The translations under genes and the position numbers were made by a program. A stretch of 64,000 nucleotides of DNA, from NCBI RefSeq assembly GCF_006345805.1, contig NC_042997.1:208010001-208074000 (forward strand), given 5' to 3'. The stretch comes from Octopus sinensis. Taxonomy: Eukaryota. Shown one piece after another: positions 12,969-21,668 of this stretch (positions are counted from its first letter, which is position 1; every line of letters starts with the position of its first letter). Under the pieces are notes generated by a model. The model did no database searches and had not been told where the DNA came from. It saw only the letters and a list, made by a program, of their open reading frames with translations.

Positions 12969-13504
12969 GACCTGATGCAGTACCAGGCAGTGGCTCTCAT
13001 GGCTTCTGATCTTAACTGATTGAAAGTGTATCATGCATAACACTTGGTATAAAAGATGGGCTACAGCAAATATTCTGCTCAATACCACAGATTTGTTTGT
13101 CAGTTGTTTGACCATAACCAGTTGAGCATGTCCCTTGGTGGCTGACGATATGTGCATCTCTGATCATGAGCAGAAATAGCGGGGGAGCATCATAGCCATA
13201 TGTTGAAAGGAATTCTTGGAGGTTTGGATAATTCACCTCTGGAAACATGGGTGTTTCGTTCATCATCTTTAAACAACCCTTATTCAGGGACCTTTTAGGC
13301 TGTGTGACATGAAGAGAATCTCTGAGCCCCACCTGCAGGGTCATGCATTCTTTATCTTGATATGAGATCACCATGTCATGTACATATGGTTGTGATGCAT
13401 GTGCCTGGTGTACCATTATCAGACGGGTAGTTATGATGGGTATACTGGAATTTGTATATTTGTACCCCACTGTCACTTTGATGGCATGCACTGCTCTCTC
13501 ACTC
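12969..13504. mobile_element. About 540-bp non-coding interspersed repeat flanked by TAA tracts on both sides (SINE-like or non-autonomous element; orientation uncertain)
   Basis: Starts gacctgatgcagtaccaggc after (TAA/TGA)n and ends cactc(aat)n. Partial second copy at 8725-8860. No recognisable protein motif. Confidence 0.7.
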
Positions 13505-13520
13505 AATAATAATAATAATA

Positions 13521-13720
13521 CTCTTTTTTTATTAAAGGCACAAGGCCTGAAGTTTTGGAGGAAGGGATTTTTGATTACACTGACCCCAGTGTGTAACTGG
13601 TACTTATTTCATTGTCCCTGAAAGGATGAAAGGTGGAACTTGAACTCAGAACATTAAGACAGACACAATGCCACTAAGCATTTTGCCCAACATTCTAATG
13701 ATTCTGCCAGCTCACCTCCT
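13521..13720 (-). mobile_element. tRNA-derived SINE
   Basis: Minus strand: A-box-like head ggtgagctggcagaatcattag, B-box-like gagttcaag, central tttcatcctttcagggacaatgaaataagtaccag (resembles the Deu/Nin-type SINE core), (att)n tail. Confidence 0.75.
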
Positions 13721-13803
13721 GAATAATGATGACGATGATGATGAAAAGAGACACTAGTTTTTTCCTAAATAAAATTTAATATAAGTAAACAGAAAGAATT
13801 TAC

Positions 13804-13858
13804 CTGATGATGCAGTTGAACCATCTGTTGTGTTTCCTTGTAAATATTCTTCAAATTT
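13804..13858 (-). CDS. Candidate 55-nt host exon
   Basis: Minus strand ttacttctaacAG|aaattt...catcag|GTaaat, a strong acceptor and donor in non-repeat sequence. Open in two frames (NLKNIYKETQQMVQLHHQ or KFEEYLQGNTTDGSTASS). Confidence 0.45.
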
Positions 13859-14069
13859 CTGTTAGAAGTAAGCAAATAATTTATCATCACTCAATGAAAA
13901 AATAATTTCCTAATTAATTTCTGTTAATTACAATGCAATGTTTTAATTCATTGTTTCTATCACAAATATTGTTTTAAATTAATATTTCCATTTATTGTAT
14001 CATAGAATAACTTCCTCTGAGGAACAGGCTTTTGAATATTCTGTTGTTTGGGGAGGAATTTTTACTTAC

Positions 14070-14104
14070 AGAATAAAAAGAAAAGAAATTGCTTGTTTAA
14101 GTGA
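14070..14104 (-). CDS. Candidate 35-nt host exon
   Basis: Minus strand ttttctacAG|tcactt...tattct|GTAAGT. Splices in frame to the 13804-13858 exon (SLKQAISFLFIL-NLKNIY...). Confidence 0.4.
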
Positions 14105-14567
14105 CTGTAGAAAATTATTCATGGAATTGAATTTGGTATCAAGATTCCATGTTATGCCCAAACACCAGCTTAATAATGACAAACCGATTTTACTTAATTC
14201 CTCATTATTTTCAAAACTGTTTGAAAATAATAATAATAATAATGAAATTATTGTATACAGTGCTCAGGTGCACCACAACTTGTCAGAAAGTGCATATAAA
14301 GTACATACAGTAATGTAGAAGTGTCTGGAAAGCGAACAATGTATGAAGAACATTTCTGTTGAAACAGACTGGCTTTGAGTAAATCCCAGTGAATTACTGG
14401 TATGTCAACAGTGCTTTACTTCAATGCTATATATACTGTCCTACAGAGTATATCTGCAGATGTGTACCCAACACTGTGGGTATAGATAAAAGGAGAAAGA
14501 AGAAAAGGAACGGGTCCAGCCAAACAATCTTTTTCTGTCCCCAACACATATTGTATACAGAAAGTTT

Positions 14568-14850
14568 GGCTGGTTGGTTGGTTGTTCCTTCTCAAGCCAT
14601 GCATGGCTCATAAGGGCCAGTTTCCCGGTTTCTTGGCGTGTAGGTTCCCCACCTGGACGGGACGCCGGTCCGTCGCAGGTGAGCTGCAAGATGCAGGAGG
14701 AAAGACTGAGAGAAAGTTGTAGCGATAGGATCAGCAGAAGTTTCGCCATTACCTTCTGCCGGAGCTGTGTGGAGCTTAGGTGTTTCGCTCATAAACACAC
14801 GATCCCTCAACCACGAGTCCGCTGCTCTAACCACTAGGCCATGTGCCTGC
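14568..14850 (-). mobile_element. tRNA-derived SINE (second family; B-box region deleted)
   Basis: Minus head ggcacatggcctagtggttagagcagcggactc (A-box TGGCCTAGTGG); body acctgcgacggaccggcgtcccgtccagg; (aacc)n tail. Confidence 0.7.
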
Positions 14851-15845
14851 ACACGTATACAGAAAGTGTTTATATGACGTTCAGTTTATATACACCTGTC
14901 TTGCTTACACCCATCTACACATACAAAATAGAGTATATACAAACAAAATATTTGCATTAGTTTCTCTCTCTCTCTCTCCCTAAACATTGTTATGAAAATG
15001 TTTTACTTAGAAAAAAAAAGTGGGTTTTCTTTTAGGCATATTGGTTTGAACTTGAATCTAAAGAATATCCTTTTGATGTACCTCAGCACTTTCTCACAGA
15101 GAAGCCAGAATTGAAAGCTGAGATAGTCAACACCGGGCCAATGCCAAGCCAATTTATATATTCTCTACTTGACCTGTTTAACCCTTCCTAAGCAAACAAT
15201 AGGAAGACACCTACAGCAGTTCCCATTGTTATCAGAGTGGTATGTCTCTCTTTTTCATTGTGTTGTGAGAATGATAAATACAGAAAGTTCAATATGCCAA
15301 AGGCGGTTAGTGAAAGGAGTTGACCCCACGAAGATGACAAGAGGTGACTATGATATTTATAACTTTCACTGGTTCACTTTGGAATGACAAGTGTTGTTCT
15401 GTCTTCTTCCATCTTTCCTCTCTGCCACTCTATCACCCTTTAAGGGTTTATTACTCCTACTAACGACATAAACACAAGAAGAAAAGAATAAGGGTGATTT
15501 CCCTTTTGTTTTGATCACCTTTTGAGGATTCCCAATGAATCAAGGAAATCCACCTGTCATTTGGAACTGATATATATATTCAAACTATTTGTGACGGCTT
15601 GTGTCTTAGACTCAAATGATTATAACAGTTTTGAGCTGTCTTTGACTTAACCCAATGTGTTTTATGCCATTCATCTTTACTAAATACATTGTTGAATCTA
15701 AAATCATGTTTGCTGTTATTTTCATGCTTATTACTTCCTGATGCCTTTTGTCTGACTGGTAACAACACACACACACACACACACACAAATAAACAGTATA
15801 TGATTTAACTTATCGAACAGAGTTCTACAAATTCATTCATATGGA

Positions 15846-15926
15846 TCATTATTATCATCTACCATACTTTTATCTATACCACTTATATTATTGATATAGC
15901 TGTTATCACTATTTACATCAATGTTG

Positions 15927-15960
<34 letters not shown>
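15846..15960 (-). repeat. Inverted copy of 20441-20556
   Basis: Reverse complement reads (taa)n caacaacattgatgtaaatagtgataacagctatatcaataatataagtggtatagataaaagtatggtagatgataataatga; 3 mismatches over about 80 unique bp. Confidence 0.92.
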
Positions 15961-15967
<7 letters not shown>

Positions 15968-16182
15968 GGCTGGCTTCCGTGCCGGTGGCACGTTAAAAGC
16001 ACCAACCGATCGTGGCCGATGCCAGACCCCCCTGCCCACTACACTCACGGAGTGGGTGGCGTTAGGAAGGGCATCCAGCTGTAGAAACACTGCCAGATCA
16101 GACTGGAGCCTGGTGCAGCCCCTGGCATCCCAGACCCCGGTCGACCGTCCAACCCGTGCTAGAGCGGAAAACGGAGTTAAAC

Positions 16183-16200
<18 letters not shown>
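15961..16200 (+). mobile_element. 3'-terminal fragment of the RTE-clade LINE with (GAT)n tail
   Basis: gccggtggcacgttaaaagcacc, ggcgttaggaagggcatccagctgtagaaacactgccagatcagactgg and ccaacccgtgctag match 48230-48610. Confidence 0.88.
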
Positions 16201-16227
<27 letters not shown>

Positions 16228-16249
16228 AATAATAATAATAATAATAATA

Positions 16250-16300
<51 letters not shown>

Positions 16301-16314
16301 GTAATAATAATATA

Positions 16315-16346
<32 letters not shown>

Positions 16347-16353
16347 AATGATG

Positions 16354-16389
<36 letters not shown>

Positions 16390-16493
16390 GTAATAATAAT
16401 AATAATAATAATGATGATGATGATGATGATGATAATAATAATAATAATAATAATGGTAATAATAATAATATAATAATAATGGTAATAATAATA

Positions 16494-16531
<38 letters not shown>

Positions 16532-16596
16532 AATAATAATAATAATAATGGTAATAATAATAATAATAATAATATAATAATGGTAATAATAATATA

Positions 16597-16631
<35 letters not shown>

Positions 16632-16753
16632 AATAATAATAATAATAATAATAATGTAATAATAATAATAAAATAATAATAATAATAATGGTAATAATAA
16701 TAATAATGATGATGATGATGATGATGATGATGATAATGATGATGATGATGATG

Positions 16754-16787
<34 letters not shown>

Positions 16788-16826
16788 GAGTATAAAGAAG
16801 TAATAATAATAATAAGAAGAAGAAGA
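16181..16826. repeat. Compound (GAT)n/(TAA)n/(TGG TAA) microsatellite, about 650 bp
   Basis: Direct reading; it generates the spurious poly-Y/H/I/D/N ORFs. Confidence 0.98.
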
Positions 16827-19800
16827 AGAGTATAAAGAAGTAATATACGCTTATTACTATGCATTAGGTAGGCCATCTCAAGAGACACACACCGCAAACT
16901 CTTACAGTATATGGAGAACACGGAATCAAGACAGTAGGCCCTATTTGGACGAGAACAAATTAGCAAATGTGAGGAGGGATATCTTTAGAAATAACAGACT
17001 CACAAACAGTGAAATAAGCGCGATCAAGCACGCAACGGAAAATGACATAAATATAAGACACAAAGGAAATGAAGAATCAGATGAACAGTATAGCCCGCCA
17101 CGAGGCTTAATTGAAAGACTGCCATCTGACCAAAGAACGCAAAGGCCTGAAGATACAAGAAATTCTATTGTACCTGTTAAAGATAGCCAGGAAAATGAAA
17201 AAACAACAGTAACTGAAGATCTCGCATTTGCTGAAGAACACAGAGAGTCTATGGCAGAAATGAGGCAGAAAATCCTGAATACGCTTGAAGTTGTAAGACA
17301 TACAAGTATGAATGATAGAGAACCACTTCATAAACTCTCAAATACAAACCAAAATAAAAAAACAAATCCAAATTGGCAATATGTAACAAATGAAATAATA
17401 CGAGAATTAAAACCTGATTTTACTGAGTTAATGAAATTATTTACGCTTCTGCTAGGGCAATTGAAACCAGCTGTATGCCCCCGAAAAAACAAAGAAAACA
17501 AAACCTGGGAAGAAATCAAACCTGGAGAAGTAAAATTGAAAAAGAGATTGAATTATGAGAGGGGAAATATCAATATTAAATGAAATATGTGGAAATGATG
17601 TAAGATCCAGAACAGGAAGAAAGATGAAGAGAAAATTTGGATCCTCACAAGAGAAGACCTGATATCAATAAAAGAAACGCTGAAACAAAAAGTCCAAGCA
17701 AAAGCCCAAAGAATACGAAGATTGAGAAGAGAAACAAGTTTTACAAGCAAAATAAGCTGTTCACATCCAATGCCAAAAAATTCTACAGAGAAATAGGGAA
17801 GGAGAAAGTAACCGTTAAAGACCCCCCTCCATGGAAGAAGTTCAAAACTTTTGGAAAAGGATTTGGAGTGACAAGAAGACGTACAACATAAATGCAGACT
17901 GGATTATACAAACTGAAGGATCCTACCAAAATTTACAACAACAAGCATGGGAAGACATCACAATAGCAGACCTAAGAAAGGCACTCACGAAGGCCCATAA
18001 TTGGAAATCCCCCGGTAAAGATAGGGTGCCGAATTTCTGGCTCGCATCACTCCCATGCACACACGGTAAGCTAGTTCAGCTGCTTAATGGAATTATGAGA
18101 GACCCAAAGAAAACACCTGAATGGTTAGCAAGTGGCATTACTTACCTACTCCCAAAGAATAACGAAACCAACCTTCCAAAAAACTATCGGCCTATAACCT
18201 GTCTATCCACCACGTATAAAATCCTAACATCTATCCTGGCGGAGAAAACATATGCATTCATGGAGAAGAACGATATTTTCCCCATTGAACAAAAAGGGTG
18301 CCGCCGAGGCTCTTACGGATGCAAAGATCAACTGCTAATCAATCGTATGATCCTTGAGAACTGTCACAACAAGCGCAGAAATCTCAGCACTGCATGGATT
18401 GACTACAAAAAGGCCTTCGACAGTATACCGCATCCATGGATCTTGAGATCGCTGGACATCTTCAAAATTTCCCCTGTGATTTCAAACTTCCTGAAGCACA
18501 ATATGTCGTTGTGGAATACGAATCTCCAATTATACCACTCTAATGGAGTACTTGCCTCAGAAAATATAAACATCAACTGTGGAATTTTTCAAGGTGACTC
18601 ACTTTCACCTTTAATATTCTGCATAGCCCTAATACCCCTTACAAGTGAATTAAACAGAACAGGGTATAAAATTGCCAATAAAAAAATAAGCCATCTATTT
18701 TATATGGATGACTTAAAACTTTATGGTAAAGACAATAATGAACTTGAAGGCCTATTGAGCACCGTGAAAGCATTCAGCGATGACATCGGGATGGAGTTTG
18801 GACTTGAGAAGTGTGCCAAGGCCACTTTCCAGAAAGGGAAAGTGAAGACCACAAATTCAGTCATGTTAGATGTTGACACAGTCATAAGAGAGCTTGAGCA
18901 AGAACAAACATACAAATATTTAGGGATAAATGAAGGCTCTGGTATTCAGCATGCAAGCATGAAAGAGAAAATCAGGAAGGAATGTTATAGGAGAGTTCGT
19001 GCAGTCCTGAAATCTGAACTAAATGCACGTAACAAGGTGTTAGCTATAAATTCCTTAGCAGTTCCAGTTGTTACTTATAGCTACAATGTGTTGAACTGGA
19101 ATATGAGTGAAGTAAAGAATATAGATAGAAAAATACGCAAGCTGCTGAGTTGTAATAGGATGCACCACCCAAAGGCAGACGTAGATCGCCTTTACCTTCC
19201 CAGAGCCCAAGGAGGTCGAGGCCTGATCCAATTTGAACTAGCTTACAAAACAACCACAATTGGACTGGCCAAATATCTCGAAATATCGAATGACTGGATG
19301 CTAAAGCTCGTGGAAAATCACGAGAGACGAAAGAAGCTTCATTCTATCATAAAGGAAAGCAAAAAATTTGCTATTGATCTCGTGCAGGATACCCAAACTG
19401 AACAACTCGAGGGAAGTACGGCAACTATTGTTGCAAAGAAGGTGAAAATGATGGCAATGAAGAAAGCGCACGAGCAATTGGCTGATAGGTGGGAGGAGAA
19501 AACTCTGCACGGCAAATATGTGACCCGCAGCACACAAGCTGATGTTGACCAGAAGCAAACCCATCAGTGGCTATGGAGCTCAGGGCTAAAAGCAGAGAGC
19601 GAAGGTTTCATCCTGGCTGCTCAAGATCAAAGCCTATTAACCCGGAACTACCAGGCCAATGTGATGAAAAATGGAGCAGACCCAAAATGCCGATTCTGCA
19701 ACGACATGATTGAAACAGTGGACCACCTAATCTCTGGATGTAAAGTCTTAGCACCAGTGGAGTATAAATTAAGACATGACAGAGTTGGCCAATATCTCCA

Positions 19801-20437
19801 CTGGCTAATAAGTCGGCATTACAATATCAAAACTGCCGACAAGTGGTATAATCACCACCCTGAGGCTGTAACTGAAGGAGAAAATGTAACCATTCTGTGG
19901 GACTTTCCAGTACATACAGACCGAACCATCAAGGCCAATAAACCAGATATTGCTGTGAAAGACCAAAACAATAAAGTTTGCTTATTGATCGACATGAGCA
20001 TCCCCTGTGATCATAATATCTCAGCGAAAGAGTTTGACAAGCTCAGAAAATATAAAGACCTACTCATTGAAATTGAGAAAATGTGGCATCTCAAGGCGGT
20101 TACAATACCAGTGATCGTAGGAGCACTAGGAATGATCAAGAAGGGAACCGAAAATTATATGAGAATGATCCCTGGCTTACCATCCCTGCAAGAAGTGCAA
20201 AAGATTGTCTTAACTGGTACATCACACGTATTGAGAAGAGCATTGTCGATGTGAGAACTGTTGCTGCTCATGTATTTTAATTTAACTTAAAAAAAAATAA
20301 TAAATAAATAAAAAAAATGAACGAACTACTAAGTTTGGTTTAATGGCCTACCAATGTATGCTATGAGCTTCTTTGCCCTAGGAGTCGGGAAGACACTCGG
20401 CAAGAAATGGAAGCAAATTTGAAAGAAGAAAAAAAAA

Positions 20438-20439
<2 letters not shown>
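16827..20439 (+). mobile_element. R4/Dong-like retrotransposon family C (D5), near-complete and young, in a TAA tract
   Basis: N-terminus EYKEVIYAYYYALGR...LDENKLANVRRDI, then RT, CCHC and RLE; 3' UTR ends in an A-run followed by (TAA)n; TAA tracts on both flanks. Confidence 0.95.
17831..20254 (+). CDS. RT / CCHC zinc knuckle / restriction-like endonuclease polyprotein (807-aa open part of D5)
   Basis: KNYRPITCL, EQKGCRRGS, WIDYKKAFDSIPH, GIFQGDSLSP, FYMDD, CRFCNDMIETVDHLISGC, RHD, ANKPDI, KLRKY, IPVIVGALG; no internal stop. Confidence 0.95.
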   Translation: MEEVQNFWKRIWSDKKTYNINADWIIQTEGSYQNLQQQAWEDITIADLRKALTKAHNWKSPGKDRVPNFWLASLPCTHGKLVQLLNGIMRDPKKTPEWLASGITYLLPKNNETNLPKNYRPITCLSTTYKILTSILAEKTYAFMEKNDIFPIEQKGCRRGSYGCKDQLLINRMILENCHNKRRNLSTAWIDYKKAFDSIPHPWILRSLDIFKISPVISNFLKHNMSLWNTNLQLYHSNGVLASENININCGIFQGDSLSPLIFCIALIPLTSELNRTGYKIANKKISHLFYMDDLKLYGKDNNELEGLLSTVKAFSDDIGMEFGLEKCAKATFQKGKVKTTNSVMLDVDTVIRELEQEQTYKYLGINEGSGIQHASMKEKIRKECYRRVRAVLKSELNARNKVLAINSLAVPVVTYSYNVLNWNMSEVKNIDRKIRKLLSCNRMHHPKADVDRLYLPRAQGGRGLIQFELAYKTTTIGLAKYLEISNDWMLKLVENHERRKKLHSIIKESKKFAIDLVQDTQTEQLEGSTATIVAKKVKMMAMKKAHEQLADRWEEKTLHGKYVTRSTQADVDQKQTHQWLWSSGLKAESEGFILAAQDQSLLTRNYQANVMKNGADPKCRFCNDMIETVDHLISGCKVLAPVEYKLRHDRVGQYLHWLISRHYNIKTADKWYNHHPEAVTEGENVTILWDFPVHTDRTIKANKPDIAVKDQNNKVCLLIDMSIPCDHNISAKEFDKLRKYKDLLIEIEKMWHLKAVTIPVIVGALGMIKKGTENYMRMIPGLPSLQEVQKIVLTGTSHVLRRALSM

Positions 20440-20440
<1 letters not shown>

Positions 20441-20468
<28 letters not shown>

Positions 20469-20790
20469 ACAACAACAACATTGATGTAAATAGTGATAAT
20501 AGCAATATCAATAATATAAGTGGTATAGATAAAAGTATGGTAGGTGATAATAATGAGGATGGATTAATAATTAGTAACCCTAGTTTGCATAACGACGTAA
20601 TTACTAATAGTGAAAATAATACTAATACTAACAATAATTTAAATAACAGTAATGGAAGTGAACTGTCCTTAAATAATTCCAGTACCAGACACTATCCCCC
20701 CAGTTATAATTGTAGGATGAGATCAAAATGTCCGGTATCTGGCCGTTGTTCGGACCAAAACGTGATATATAAATGCACGATAAACTAAAA
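20441..20790 (+). pseudogene. Penelope-like element relic: Asn-rich linker and Cys motif preceding GIY-YIG
   Basis: YNCRMRSKCPVSGRCSDQNVIYKCTI matches the CNCR-x-CP-x-G-x-C...VIY linker pattern of PLEs; similar to the family at 42700-44290. Confidence 0.6.
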
Positions 20791-21529
20791 TAACTTCACT
20801 ACAAACTTAAAATTAAATTCTTCTTTTTCTATAATTAAACTGTATGAATCTAATTAGTTGGAATCCTAATTAGTATGAATCCCAAATAGTAGGAATACTA
20901 AATAGTATGAATCCTATGTCCATAAAGAAACTATTTGGTTCACTTTGATTATCTCACTTCCATTTCTTAATATGTAATTAGTCTAAGATATCTTTACAAA
21001 ATATATTTAACCAAATAGGAAAGAATATACCATACTGGTTTTAGTTTAACACCCATAAATTATTAAAAAACTTCATTGCAAACTTAGAATTAAATTATTC
21101 TCTTTTTATAATGTTCTCCAATACTGTTGTGATGATATGCATAGCGTTTGTAAGGTCTCTGCATTCTCTGGGAATGTTATTGTGACCATTTGACATTGAC
21201 CTAGTTCTCCTAAGGCGGAATCTGTTCACCAAATAGTAGTAATTGGCATTTAGTTGTGACAATGCTGTCTTCCACACAAATTCCTTGTATGGAGCTATGA
21301 CATCCCCTTTACCCCATTTCTATAATTAGAAAATCTTTATTGTCTCCTCTCATTTGTTCTTCATTTTCAAAATCTTAGAGTAGTCTGGAACAAATGAGTC
21401 TTAGTCAGTCAGTTGATGAGCTCCACTACCTCAAATGTTCTTAAAATTTAAATCCACATCTTTGTCTATGTATCTACCTTCTCTATAATGTTGCCACTTG
21501 ATATGAAAATTTTTGTATTAATGGAAAAC

Positions 21530-21633
21530 CTCTATAATTGGCTGATGAGTGCCCAGCATTTTAAAACTGTTGTAATACTTACAACATTTAATAAAATGAT
21601 GTAGTACGAAATGATCGTACCGAATTACTGGAG
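21530..21633 (+). ncRNA. Type I hammerhead ribozyme candidate with long stem II
   Basis: taattgg-CUGAUGA-gtgc...cattttaaaac tgttgtaa tac ttacaaca tttaataaaatg...gtac-GAAA-tgatcg-UA-ccgaatta; stems I and II pair by hand. Confidence 0.7.
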
Positions 21634-21668
21634 TCATTCTTGTTGCTTATTTTGATATATATATATAT

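Noticed and set aside
12969-13030. U2 snRNA-derived sequence (gacctg..tgcagtacc, gatctta)
   Set aside because: Only short, non-colinear word matches; not enough to call.
13012-13506. 164-aa ORF as a host gene
   Set aside because: Lies wholly within an interspersed repeat and has no recognisable domain.
13804-13830. CTGATGA as a hammerhead core
   Set aside because: No stem II or GAAA follows; the sequence fits better as a minus-strand exon end.
13521-14850. Functional tRNA genes
   Set aside because: The tRNA-like heads lack a complete cloverleaf and continue into SINE bodies and tails.
15100-15600. Further host exons
   Set aside because: Acceptor-like sites exist, but the donors are weak or the frames closed; not supportable without RNA data.
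15833-16966. 377-aa poly-Y/H/I/L/S protein
   Set aside because: Translation of trinucleotide microsatellites.
21060-21400. Host exon or GIY-YIG remnant on the minus strand
   Set aside because: Only vague resemblance (TKCQLLLFGE), with stops in all frames and no clear splice pair.
21405-21450. TTGATGAG hammerhead relic
   Set aside because: No GAAA and no convincing stems.
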